From Promethearchaeota archaeon (lineage in GTDB: Archaea > Asgardarchaeota > Lokiarchaeia > Sigyniarchaeales > SOKP01), in contig JBHLOY010000009.1 of assembly GCA_048939995.1 (NCBI GenBank), positions 32,001 through 96,000 on the forward strand: 64,000 bases of DNA, given 5' to 3'. The notes under the pieces were generated by a model. It was not told the DNA's origin. It made no database searches and saw nothing but the letters and a program-made list of their open reading frames with translations. The translations under genes were made by a program, and so were the position numbers. Shown here piece by piece: positions 1-9,439 of the stretch; positions within the stretch are counted from its first letter, which is position 1; each line of letters starts with the position of its first letter.

Positions 1-769
1 TAAATCGAAAGAGAGATTTTGCCATAGTATACCCGATTAATGCCAACCAAGAAAATAAGATAGGAAAAACAATCATCTTATTATTTGATTTTTGTCCTAA
101 TTTATCTTCTGAATTTATGAAAATAGTAGCATTTTGGTCTGAGGATTTTAAATCTGTGTCTTTTTTAATGAAAAAGGCAAATGGTATTAAAAAAAAAGAA
201 AGCATCCATGCTAAAAACATTGTAAAATATTCATTTAATGAAAAAGCCCAGAAATATCCGAAGAGAAGTCCAGTAATAAACCCAATATTCCATGAGAAGT
301 TAAAAGTTCTAAAATTTTTCGTAGATTTTTTTTCATTACTTACACTTTGCCATTTACTTAATAGATTATAGCAATTAGGCCAATATATTCCCAATTGAAT
401 ACCGCTTATGATACGTATAAATATTAAATAAATTGGATCAAAGTAAATCATCTGAGTCACTAATATAACAGGGGTAGTAATACAAGATAAGATAATAGAA
501 TTTCGCACACCAAACTTATAGGTAATTAATTGACCAACAATCGGTCCAAGAATGTAAGCAACTGCAGGAGCGGAATTAATATACCCGAAAATACTTTCAC
601 TTACATTCTGATAAAAATAAATATAGTTTAGAAAAGCTCGTTCAAAAATTGAAATTGAAAATAATCTTATAAAGGAAAGAAGAAATATTGGCCATGCGCG
701 ATAAGAAATGATAGCATTACATTCAGTAGCAGGTGTTTTAAATGGAATTGGTGGAGAAAATTCTGACAA
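1..769 (-). CDS. MFS transporter (3' end runs off the window; missing from ORF track)
   Basis: Manual translation from TTG at 769: MSEFSPPIPF...WPIFLLSFIRLFSISIF...AYILGPIVGQLITYKFGVRNSIILS...IRIISGIQLGIYWP...FNFSWNIGFITGLLFG, with multiple TM helices and an MFS motif-A-like loop. Open to the window edge; starts 8 nt after the stop of the 778..2115 gene. Confidence 0.8.
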   Translation of the reverse strand, partial: MSEFSPPIPFKTPATECNAIISYRAWPIFLLSFIRLFSISIFERAFLNYIYFYQNVSESIFGYINSAPAVAYILGPIVGQLITYKFGVRNSIILSCITTPVILVTQMIYFDPIYLIFIRIISGIQLGIYWPNCYNLLSKWQSVSNEKKSTKNFRTFNFSWNIGFITGLLFGYFWAFSLNEYFTMFLAWMLSFFLIPFAFFIKKDTDLKSSDQNATIFINSEDKLGQKSNNKMIVFPILFSWLALIGYTMAKSLFRF

Positions 770-777
770 ATCCCGAA

Positions 778-2115
778 TCAACTGATTTTATATTGAGTTT
801 TTAAGAAATTAATAATGAAATTTTTGACTCTACTACGATCAGGTAAACTTGCAATCATCCCATACATAGCGGCTTCACCATCAGAAACCTTCTCTGGATG
901 TTTACGGACCGCTTCAATTGCATCTTTAAGGTCATTTAAAAATTCATCAATAACGTCTGCATGATGTGGATTAACCATCATATGGAGAGCAGAAGGAAAT
1001 TGGATTCTATCTAAATGCCACCCTCTTTTATCTAATTCGTCTCCTAACTGAAAGATAGAAATTATATCAGAAGTAAAAGAAAACACGCTCATTACAGGTT
1101 CTGCGATAACATAGAGTTCAGGTATGCGATTAATGCCTTCAATTAATTTTTTAGTCGCATCCATTACAATATTAGCTAATTTTAAATAACCATCCATCCC
1201 TAAAGATCTCATAGCGACCCAGGCTGCCGCAATTGCACCTCCAGGCCGTGTTCCACGCATGGTAGTAGATATATATACTCCCCCTGACCAGTCAGTATAC
1301 ACAGAAAATTGATGTTTCCAATATTTATCATTGCGATATAATATAGCGGATGCACCTTTAGCTCCATATCCATATTTATGAATATCAGCAGATATAGAAG
1401 TAACACCAAGTACTGAAAAATCAAAATCTGGTACATTGTAGCCAAGTCTTTTAACAAAAGGCAACATGAAACCTCCAAGGCAACTATCAACATGCATACC
1501 AATACCTTTACTCTGAGCCAGAGTAGCCAATTCTGAGATTGGATCGACAACGCCTCGCGGAAAATCGCATGCTGAACCAACTATTAGAATAGTGTTTTCA
1601 TTTAATGCTTTTTCCATAGCTTCTACATCTGCTCGGTGAGTATCTTTATCTACTGGAATTATTATAGCCTTTACATCAAAATAATCTGCGCCTTTATAAA
1701 ATGCTGGATGTGCTGAGCTAGGTAATAACATTTCTGGATATTTAATCTCAGGAAATTTTTCCCTTGCCCAATCTCTATAAGTTTTGACTGCCATTAGAAT
1801 ACTCTCAGTCCCTCCTGAGGTCAGGCTCCCACAACACCTTTTATCTCCATTAAATAAATCCACAGTCATTGAAACTACTTCAGTTTCAAATTTTTTTAAA
1901 CTTGGAAAAGCTAATGGGCTCAATGCATTTTTCTCGAAAAATAATTGATAACTCCTTTTAAGTAATTCTGTATGTTCATCTGAAGCATGATATACTAAGC
2001 TCCAAACCTTTCCTTCTTTCCAATCTACATCATCTTTCGCAATGGCATTCATTTCATCTATTAGTTTGTTACCAGCTATACCATTTTCAGGTAAGACTAT
2101 TTTTGGTCTAACCAT
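778..2115 (-). CDS. PLP-dependent group II decarboxylase family, sphingosine-1-phosphate lyase-like
   Basis: TSGGTESILMA, HVDSCLGGF, SISADIHKYGY (PLP lysine), GTRPG and C-terminal AAMYG, as in S1P lyase/Dpl1-type enzymes. Confidence 0.85.
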   Translation of the reverse strand: MVRPKIVLPENGIAGNKLIDEMNAIAKDDVDWKEGKVWSLVYHASDEHTELLKRSYQLFFEKNALSPLAFPSLKKFETEVVSMTVDLFNGDKRCCGSLTSGGTESILMAVKTYRDWAREKFPEIKYPEMLLPSSAHPAFYKGADYFDVKAIIIPVDKDTHRADVEAMEKALNENTILIVGSACDFPRGVVDPISELATLAQSKGIGMHVDSCLGGFMLPFVKRLGYNVPDFDFSVLGVTSISADIHKYGYGAKGASAILYRNDKYWKHQFSVYTDWSGGVYISTTMRGTRPGGAIAAAWVAMRSLGMDGYLKLANIVMDATKKLIEGINRIPELYVIAEPVMSVFSFTSDIISIFQLGDELDKRGWHLDRIQFPSALHMMVNPHHADVIDEFLNDLKDAIEAVRKHPEKVSDGEAAMYGMIASLPDRSRVKNFIINFLKTQYKIS

Positions 2116-2316
2116 TTCGATTCAAAACCTTTTTAATTTTTTGATAGTATTTATTTTTTTATTATTATTAATAAGAATTCAATGTTTCCTTTTGACAAAA
2201 TTATCTATATATTGATTCTTAAATTAAACTTCTATTGAACATCATTAGTTTAAACTACTTAAGATTTAAATCAATTATATATACAAAAGAAAGATTATAG
2301 GTACTCTATAGAAAGA

Positions 2317-3240
2317 GTGATGAATATAAAGAAATTAATTGATAACATTTATAGTATTAATCCTTCTAGCGGTCCCCTTTTTGATAGCTCAAAATATTTA
2401 ATTAACACGAGAGGTGTTGAAGGCCTAGTTTTGATTGATCCTGGTCTTTATATAGAATTTCTTAAAGAGATCAAAGAAGAGGGCTTTTCTTCTAAGAATA
2501 TTAACCATTGCTTAATAACACATGGCCATATAGATCATTTTGGTGCATGTTACAAACTTCAAGAGCTTAATCAAAAAATTAAGTTCTATGCACATGAATT
2601 GGATGCGAACAGTATTGAACTAAAAAATGTGGAAGAAATGAAGGCTAGTTATCCTGGATATGATTATACTCCAATTAAATTAACGAAGAAGATTAAAATT
2701 CAAAATGAAATATTAACCTTTGGGGATTATTCATTTGAATGTATTCATACACCGGGGCATTCACCAGGGGCAGTAGCATATCTTTTAGAGATAGATAAAT
2801 CCAAGATTTTATTTGCTGGAGATATCGCGGGACTTAGTTTAAAAATTTATGGTGGTGACTTTAATGATTATTCTGACTCTATGAAGAGATTGGAAGAATT
2901 AGAAGTTAATATATTATGTGATGGTCATTCAGGTCCCATTAAACCAGCTAAAAAAGTTTCAGAGTATATAAAGGGGTATCTAAAATTAAATGAGCTTATT
3001 CACCTCACAATAGAAGAAGAGGTAACTGATATTAAAATTTGGAATGAACTTGCCTTCGTATTATTTGAATTGAAGGAATATCCTCTCGCATTAGATTTCT
3101 GTAATTATATATTAGAGATTGACCCTAATAATAATGATATGAAGCAACTATTACCAAAAATTAAAGAGTTTGATTTCCCAAAAATTGATTTCATTAAACC
3201 GTTGCTTAAAAAAATTTCATCAGCTAAAAGTAAAAATTAA
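2317..3240 (+). CDS. MBL-fold metallo-hydrolase with C-terminal TPR-like helices
   Basis: THGHIDH, HTPGHSPG, FAGD, DGH motifs; C-terminal WNELAFVLFELKEYPLALDFCNYILEIDPNN is TPR-like. Confidence 0.85.
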   Translation: MMNIKKLIDNIYSINPSSGPLFDSSKYLINTRGVEGLVLIDPGLYIEFLKEIKEEGFSSKNINHCLITHGHIDHFGACYKLQELNQKIKFYAHELDANSIELKNVEEMKASYPGYDYTPIKLTKKIKIQNEILTFGDYSFECIHTPGHSPGAVAYLLEIDKSKILFAGDIAGLSLKIYGGDFNDYSDSMKRLEELEVNILCDGHSGPIKPAKKVSEYIKGYLKLNELIHLTIEEEVTDIKIWNELAFVLFELKEYPLALDFCNYILEIDPNNNDMKQLLPKIKEFDFPKIDFIKPLLKKISSAKSKN

Positions 3241-3348
3241 GATAGCTCCTCAATTCCTCAAATTGCAGAAAAATATAAAGAATTAAAAAGAAAGTATTTC
3301 TTAGGGTAATTAGGGTAAATTACTAGATTTTTAACAATTTTTAAGAGT

Positions 3349-3729
3349 ATGTCTGAAGAAGAACTTAGAGACCAGATAAATAAAATAGCAAATAAGATTA
3401 TGGTAGTAGAAGAAGGAGCAAAGAAAAAAGAAATATACGTTTTAAACAAGATTAATGAAGAATTTGATGCCAAGATAGGTGAAGTTAAAGGAAATCTAAA
3501 AAGTAATCAAGATAAATTAAAACAGTTAAATGAAACTGTTGAAAAATTAATTTTAGAACAAAAGAGACTAAAAAAAGTAGTAAAAGATTTAGAAAAACAC
3601 GATAAAGAATTAGGGAAAGAGAAAGAAAAAGCTTTAAATCAAAAATTAAAATCCATTTCTAGCGAAAAGAACTCTCGGATGAAAGAAATTAATCGGGAAA
3701 TCCAGATTCTGGAAAAAAAATTAAAGTAA
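3349..3729 (+). CDS. Coiled-coil hypothetical protein
   Basis: 126 aa, K/E-rich heptad pattern; 3' end overlaps the convergent gene by 9 nt. Confidence 0.7.
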   Translation: MSEEELRDQINKIANKIMVVEEGAKKKEIYVLNKINEEFDAKIGEVKGNLKSNQDKLKQLNETVEKLILEQKRLKKVVKDLEKHDKELGKEKEKALNQKLKSISSEKNSRMKEINREIQILEKKLK

Positions 3730-4383
3730 AGACTCTATCCTCTCCTCATTTAAAAAAAATAGAATGGAACGAGAATGCTTTTCTTTATTTATTACTTCAA
3801 TATTTTTAAGTACTTTTAGATACTTACTCACGGTATTTATGTGCATATTTAAATCGGTAGAAATTCGAGTTTTAGAGACTCCTATATTATTTTCTTTCAA
3901 ATAATTAATTATTTTCTGGCTATTTGCTTTATAAATATAATAGAGTTGATGAACCTTTTGCTTATTGATATCTGGCGTGTAATAGATCTCTCGGTTTTCA
4001 ATTTTTTCTTTTTTAATATATCCAAATTTTTGGAGAATATTGAGGTGCCAGACAACAACATGGCTACTAATTTTCAATTTTGATACAATTCTATTAAAAT
4101 GAGTTCCTGGATAATTTAGTATGAATTTATGGATTTTTCTACGTTTATTATTATTTAAGATATCATCATGAGTTAATTTTGAGGCTTTTACAATGAGTTT
4201 TTTTTCTTGTAGTGATTTGAGGATTAATTGAATCCCATAAGTGGTCAATCTTTTTGACTTCTCTCTTAAACGTGATTGGATAATAGGGACAATTTTATCC
4301 ATATCTAAGACTCTATTTTTATTTAAGTAATCCTGAATTATTCCTAACACGGCTTTTTCTAATCCAGCTAACTGTTCCGTCAT
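3721..4383 (-). CDS. Multi-winged-helix transcriptional regulator
   Basis: RRKIHKFILNYPGTHFNRIVSKLKISSHVVVWHLNILQKFGYI and a second HTH (KTRISTDLNMHINTVSKYLKVL). Confidence 0.8.
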   Translation of the reverse strand: MTEQLAGLEKAVLGIIQDYLNKNRVLDMDKIVPIIQSRLREKSKRLTTYGIQLILKSLQEKKLIVKASKLTHDDILNNNKRRKIHKFILNYPGTHFNRIVSKLKISSHVVVWHLNILQKFGYIKKEKIENREIYYTPDINKQKVHQLYYIYKANSQKIINYLKENNIGVSKTRISTDLNMHINTVSKYLKVLKNIEVINKEKHSRSILFFLNEERIESLL

Positions 4384-4413
4384 TTTAGAATTGAATCCTT
4401 ATTTTATAAACAA

Positions 4414-5655
4414 TTAATAACCGTTATTTGACTGGTTTTTGTCCTGCATTTCATTTATTATTTTATTGCGTTCCTTTGGGGTTAATGATGACATTTCTCT
4501 GATAAACTCTTCTTTTTCATTAGGGTCCCATTCAAATTTTTCAATGATGGTATAAAAGTCTTCTGTAAATGCGGTAATCTCGACTTTTTTTACTTCAGAC
4601 TTTTTTTCAGTGCTTTTTCTTTTCGAATAAGCGTTCTTCTTGGAGTAAAAGAAATAAATAGGAACCACGATACTAACACTAATCGCTCCAATAATTAAGA
4701 ATACATTTAACAAATACCAAGGGAATTGATCAATATAAAAGATAAATATTCCTTCTAAACCAATTTTCGGATCATGTGAAATATCTGCTCCATGAGGGTA
4801 TATTAAATATATTTTTTGATAATCATTATCATAATCATCCATTCCAAGATTAGTTGCATTTACAGCTTTTAAAAGTCCATCAACTAGTACATTTTGATTC
4901 CAAGAGAATATTCCGATGAATGAGTTATTAAGGGTTGAGACTGCTTTTTCATTAAAGGCATATCCAAATTCTTCATCTTCCGTTTCCTCAATTTCATCAT
5001 AATTTGTTTCTGACTCTAGGCTAATATATAATGCTAGTTTTGATAAAGTATTATTAAAGGGAAAGTTGATATCAAAATCAATCTTTGGTTTAGTTGGAAT
5101 CATCAATGCATCATCTCTTATAACAAATTCTTCTGGAATATAAAGATGCATGGTAAAAATACTGTCACTTGAGTTAATGATGAAATGATGCACAGAGGTT
5201 TGAGCTGTGATAACCTCTTGTTGATATTCTGCCGGATCGAAGCTGTCTAATTCGATTTCTTGTATGTTATTATCAATGGTTGGATCAAATATACCATTAT
5301 CGTTAATATCTACAAATTCAATAAGTTTTCTAATAATAACACTAAACTCTATTTCAAATTCAGCTTCGCTCTCACTAGTATATTCCGATTCGTAGCTCAC
5401 CTCAAATCTTATTCCTTCACTATTATATCTCACTCTTAATTCTATTTCATCTCTTTTTGTTCCCTGTCTTAACAGAGATTGGACTTCAATTTCATTAGAA
5501 GAAAGTGTAATGTCAGTATCTCTCAGATTTAACTCTTCAAAATCGTCATCAACGTGATCGTCATCATCGTCAGAACCTAATACCGAATTTGAATTAAGCA
5601 TTAAAGTAAACACGAATAATAATATAATTCCCGCTATTAGATTCTTTTTTTTCAT
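4414..5655 (-). CDS. Secreted, C-terminally anchored acidic surface protein (paralog of 5732..6754) with cytoplasmic tail
   Basis: Signal peptide, Asp-rich DDDDDHVDDDFEE, DINDNGIFD Ca-binding-like loop, HDP motif, then a TM helix and a ~75-aa tail. Confidence 0.8.
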   Translation of the reverse strand: MKKKNLIAGIILLFVFTLMLNSNSVLGSDDDDDHVDDDFEELNLRDTDITLSSNEIEVQSLLRQGTKRDEIELRVRYNSEGIRFEVSYESEYTSESEAEFEIEFSVIIRKLIEFVDINDNGIFDPTIDNNIQEIELDSFDPAEYQQEVITAQTSVHHFIINSSDSIFTMHLYIPEEFVIRDDALMIPTKPKIDFDINFPFNNTLSKLALYISLESETNYDEIEETEDEEFGYAFNEKAVSTLNNSFIGIFSWNQNVLVDGLLKAVNATNLGMDDYDNDYQKIYLIYPHGADISHDPKIGLEGIFIFYIDQFPWYLLNVFLIIGAISVSIVVPIYFFYSKKNAYSKRKSTEKKSEVKKVEITAFTEDFYTIIEKFEWDPNEKEEFIREMSSLTPKERNKIINEMQDKNQSNNGY

Positions 5656-5731
5656 GGCTTTTTTAACAAATTATATTCAATTCTAAAATATATTAAAATT
5701 TTGATTAAAATTTAAAAAAAAAATTGAAAAA

Positions 5732-6754
5732 TTATTTTATTCTTCGCTTTCTATAGATAAGGATACTACTAGCACTAATAACTGCAACAACACCTATTAT
5801 AACCCCGATCAACACAAATGGTAACCAATCAGTTCCAGCCTGTATAGAATAAATACTCATTGTTGGGTCATGGTAAATATAATCTCCCCTAGGATAATTA
5901 AGGTAAAATTTCTGCTCACTTTCATCATCATCATCAGTTTCTATTTCACTTGCTAAAACTTGTTTCGAAATTCCATCAATGGTTGCATTTTCCTTCCAAG
6001 TAAAAGCCCCTATAAAATTATTTAGTTCAGTTTTTACACCTGATTCATTGGATGTATATCCATCTTTCTCATCCTCAGTTTCTTCCTGGTATTCATATTC
6101 ACTACTTGAACTAAGTTTAACATATAGAGCTAATTGTGAGTTTCCATTAAGATAGTTGAAATTATTTATCTCAATGTCAATTTTCAAAGAGGTTGGTGCG
6201 ATAAAGGTTCCGTTTACTATTGCAAATTCTTCAACAACGTATAAGTGAGCTGCAAAAGTACCATCAGTACTATTTATAAATATATAGTGTAAGGTTGTAT
6301 CGGTAGATATATTAGATGAAGTGTAAACTGCTGGTTTGAAACTATCTAAAGGAATTTCTTGAATTGTGGTATCAATTAAAGGCTCATAAATACCATTACT
6401 ATTTAGATCAACAAATTCGATTAATTCTCGAAAGTTTGCTTCAAATTCGATTTCAAATTCTGTTTCATTCTCAGCTATGTATTCAGACTCATAGCTAACT
6501 TTAATATCAACGCCATTATTATCGTATTTAACATTTAATTCAATTTGATCAATTGGACCCTCGCGTAATAACGATTCTACCTTAATTTCATCTGATAAAA
6601 GCTCGACTTCAATGTGACGTTTAGTTGATTCTTCATAGTCATCATCAATTCCATCACTGTCTTCATCTGTGGAGGCTGTGACATTTAATGAAGAACTAAA
6701 AGCTACTAATGAAAGTATCATTATCAATAAGAACCCATAATTCCTTATTTTCAT
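5732..6754 (-). CDS. Secreted, C-terminally anchored acidic surface protein (paralog of 4414..5655)
   Basis: Signal peptide, DEDSDGIDDDYEE, DLNSNGIYE, HDP motif, TM helix and RKRRIK stop-transfer; shares EFEIEF/LIEFVD/LALY/EDE blocks with its neighbour. Confidence 0.8.
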   Translation of the reverse strand: MKIRNYGFLLIMILSLVAFSSSLNVTASTDEDSDGIDDDYEESTKRHIEVELLSDEIKVESLLREGPIDQIELNVKYDNNGVDIKVSYESEYIAENETEFEIEFEANFRELIEFVDLNSNGIYEPLIDTTIQEIPLDSFKPAVYTSSNISTDTTLHYIFINSTDGTFAAHLYVVEEFAIVNGTFIAPTSLKIDIEINNFNYLNGNSQLALYVKLSSSSEYEYQEETEDEKDGYTSNESGVKTELNNFIGAFTWKENATIDGISKQVLASEIETDDDDESEQKFYLNYPRGDYIYHDPTMSIYSIQAGTDWLPFVLIGVIIGVVAVISASSILIYRKRRIK

Positions 6755-7136
6755 GTATATATCACTCCATAATGGTAACTAAAATTTTTGATTAGAATTA
6801 TTATGTAATAGATTTTTTATCATCTATTTAAATCGATATTGCATGAAATTGAAGTAGTATTTTTCGTAATCATAGTTTTGATAAGATATTTATGCCAAAC
6901 TTTAGATTAAGGTCTTTTTTATAACTTATACGAAGGAAGAGGATACATCCAGATAGGAAGGGCAAATGCCTCTTAATTATGAGAAAAAGAATTATAAAAG
7001 AAAAGGAATCTTCAAATTTATTAACATTAGGAAGACGAGCATGAAATAAAGAGTTAGTCTTTATTTTAGGAAAATATAAGCATTTATCTAGAAAAAAATA
7101 GATAATATTTATAATCATCAATAAAAGAGGAGAGAG

Positions 7137-7337
7137 ATGACTCAGCAATTTAAAGTTTAAACATATATATTAACCTTAAGGATTTCAAAAAAGGAATATC
7201 ACCCATATGAGGTTGAGGAAATTATCAATAAACATCTTCAAGACGGTTGGAGAGTTGTAAATTGTTAATCAATTTATTTGGGAGGAGTTAATCCTGAAAA
7301 TGGGATGCACTATACTGCATATCTCCATAAAGAATAA
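7137..7337 (+). pseudogene. Small DUF4177-like ORF interrupted by two in-frame TAA codons
   Basis: Follows a GAGGAG RBS and reads MTQQFKV*TYILTLRISKKEYHPYEVEEIINKHLQDGWRVVNC*SIYLGGVNPENGMHYTAYLHKE*; internal TAA at 7158 and 7266. Confidence 0.55.
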
Positions 7338-7357
7338 ATCTAGTAATTAAATAAAAA

Positions 7358-7378
7358 CGTTTTTTTTTTTATTTATTT
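7358..7378 (+). terminator. Long U-tract, archaeal-type terminator candidate
   Basis: Run of about 11 T followed by ATTTATTT, ~20 nt after the 7337 stop. Confidence 0.45.
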
Positions 7379-7659
7379 GGTTTATTAAGCTGGTATTAAT
7401 TATACTATTTTTATTAAATCATTTACCGGATTGAATTATTATCTATTAAATATAAATTCATACTTTTTTATGATTTTTCCATGGAAACATTTCTTTTCTG
7501 CTAAATCTTAGAGCTGTTAAAAGTTTATTCTTAAATAAAGAGAATAGATAAGAACTAGGATTTCTAAGCTAAATGTTTATATTTAAGTTTTGTATATATT
7601 TTTTCATATTTTTACGATTATATAAAAAAAGTAGTGAAACACAGGAAAAGGGAAGGATA

Positions 7660-7746
7660 ATGGCAAAAAAGAAAGCTCCTAAGAAAAAACCAGCACCTAA
7701 GAAAAAAGCAGCCCCCAAAAAGAAACCAGCTCCAAAAAAGAAATAA
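7660..7746 (+). CDS. Histone H1-like Lys/Pro/Ala repeat microprotein (28 aa; missing from ORF track)
   Basis: MAKKKAPKKKPAPKKKAAPKKKPAPKKK*; purine-rich GGAAGG upstream; repeat units differ at synonymous positions (CCT/CCA/CCC, GCA/GCT/GCC). Confidence 0.7.
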   Translation: MAKKKAPKKKPAPKKKAAPKKKPAPKKK

Positions 7747-7776
7747 ACTCCTAAAAAGAAAACCGCTGCTAAGAAA
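7666..7776 (+). repeat. Imperfect ~18-bp tandem repeat encoding KKK(P/A)AP units
   Basis: Units such as aagaaaaaaccagcacct / aagaaaaaagcagccccc / aaaaagaaaccagctcca; the pattern continues past the TAA as TPKKKTAAKK. Confidence 0.8.
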
Positions 7777-7848
7777 TAATACATATGAAAGAATAACTAT
7801 TATTTTTTTTTAACTTTAGTTTTTTAAAGCTTAACGATATAGCATATT

Positions 7849-8697
7849 TTATTCATGTGGTAGAAGTATTACCATAGATATAATAAGTAATAGCCCAATT
7901 ATGAATATAATTGCCTGAATGATCGATTTTTTTAAATTTTTTTCTTTTATTAATTCTGGCATAAGTTCAGTACTTGCTATATATAAGAATCCCCCACCAG
8001 AAAAGGCTAGAAAGAACAAGTTAAAGACACTTATGAATCCAGATAGTAGATAAGCTAATAAGCCTCCTAATAACGCCACCATAGCGCTTGCAAAGTTAAA
8101 TAAGAGTGCTCTTCTTTTAGAAAATCCTCCGTAAACAAGGATCCCAAAATCACCAATTTCTTGAGGCAATTCATGAAATAACACAGCAAGTGTAATTACT
8201 AAGCCAGTACTTATTCCATTCAAAAATGCAACCATTATAATAATACCATCTAGAAAATTGTGTAAAGAATCTCCTATTAAGTTAAGAACAGCGAAATTTT
8301 TTATCTTCCCACCCTTTTCCAAAATTTTACTACTTCCTTCAGTAATCGTATCATAACAAACTAAGCGATCTTCTTTCTCATGAGCATGTCCATGAAACCA
8401 ATAAATAAATCTTTCAATTATAAAAAAAATTACAAATCCCATTATGATAAAGGAAAATAGAAGAAATTCACTAATTCCAGCACCACCCGCGTTTAATTCT
8501 TCAAGATGGTGAACCGATTCTGGAATCAAATCAAACAATGCTGTAGCAAGAATCGTGCCAGTTGCAAATGCAACTAGAATAAACAAAAATTTATCCATTG
8601 TTTTTTCTTTGATTGAAATCATAAATAAACCAAATAGACTAAGAGAACCGATAAGAAATATAATAAAAAATCCTAAAATTGCTTCCAATTTTACCAC
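7849..8697 (-). CDS. ZIP family divalent metal transporter
   Basis: HNFLDG and HELPQEIGDFG signature helices, HGHAH loop. Confidence 0.92.
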   Translation of the reverse strand: MVKLEAILGFFIIFLIGSLSLFGLFMISIKEKTMDKFLFILVAFATGTILATALFDLIPESVHHLEELNAGGAGISEFLLFSFIIMGFVIFFIIERFIYWFHGHAHEKEDRLVCYDTITEGSSKILEKGGKIKNFAVLNLIGDSLHNFLDGIIIMVAFLNGISTGLVITLAVLFHELPQEIGDFGILVYGGFSKRRALLFNFASAMVALLGGLLAYLLSGFISVFNLFFLAFSGGGFLYIASTELMPELIKEKNLKKSIIQAIIFIIGLLLIISMVILLPHE

Positions 8698-8909
8698 GAC
8701 ATTTTTGTTTTATAAAGATAAAAAAGAATATAGATCAAAATTTAGGAACCATTTTAAATATAATTTATAAAATAGTTTCATCCCTAATCTTCATATAAGC
8801 TTTATTAGAGTGAGTAATATATTTAATAATTATTAATGAAAATCTTTATGTAGCAGAATTAGTTTATATAGTTTAATTAAGGTTGAGATGATTACTTAGA
8901 TTAAGCACT

Positions 8910-9434
8910 ATGTATGACGCAATTTTCAAAGTTGTTATTTTTGGTGATGCTGGGAGTGGTAAGACGGCTCTAACTAAGAGATTTATGACAAACTTATTTA
9001 TATCAGATACACAAATGACGATTGGAGTAGATTTCATAGTTAAAACCATCGAAGTTGATGGGAAAGAGATAAAACTCCAGATTTGGGATTTTGGTGGTGA
9101 AGAAAGATTCAGATTTCTCCTTCCAAGATATATTCGTGGTGCGAGCGGAGGACTTTTGATGTATGATATTACTAGCTATCCTTCCACCTTTCATATTGAA
9201 GATTGGTTATCTGTTATACGTAGAACAGAGGAAACATTTCCGATTATTCTTGTAGGAGGTAAAGCAGATTTAGAGGAATTCCGTCAAATTTCTTTTGATG
9301 AAGGATTAAAAATTACTATTTCACAAGGTTTAAATGACTTTATAGAATGTTCTAGTAAAACAGGACTAAATGTTGAAAAGATTTTTGAAAGCCTTGCTAG
9401 CATAATGCTTAAAATATCAAATGATAAGTATTGA
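8910..9434 (+). CDS. Rab-like small GTPase (Ras superfamily)
   Basis: G1 GDAGSGKT, TIGVDF, KLQIWDFGGEERF, YIRGA, LMYDIT, G4 GKAD, G5 ECSSK. Confidence 0.95.
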   Translation: MYDAIFKVVIFGDAGSGKTALTKRFMTNLFISDTQMTIGVDFIVKTIEVDGKEIKLQIWDFGGEERFRFLLPRYIRGASGGLLMYDITSYPSTFHIEDWLSVIRRTEETFPIILVGGKADLEEFRQISFDEGLKITISQGLNDFIECSSKTGLNVEKIFESLASIMLKISNDKY

Positions 9435-9439
9435 ATCTA

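Noticed and set aside
117-371. 84-aa plus-strand ORF
   Set aside because: Antisense shadow of the MFS gene at 1..769 (-).
6870-7148. 92-aa minus-strand ORF
   Set aside because: No recognisable motifs, composition typical of antisense to purine-rich DNA, and overlaps the start of the 7137 ORF.
7137-7779. Genome-wide TAA stop-codon reassignment
   Set aside because: TAA terminates many full-length conserved genes in the window (e.g. PolX, pcm, WD40-TIR).
7569-7784. 71-aa ORF with GAGFFL repeats
   Set aside because: Reverse complement of the Lys/Pro/Ala repeat; the plus-strand ORF has the RBS and the synonymous-site variation.
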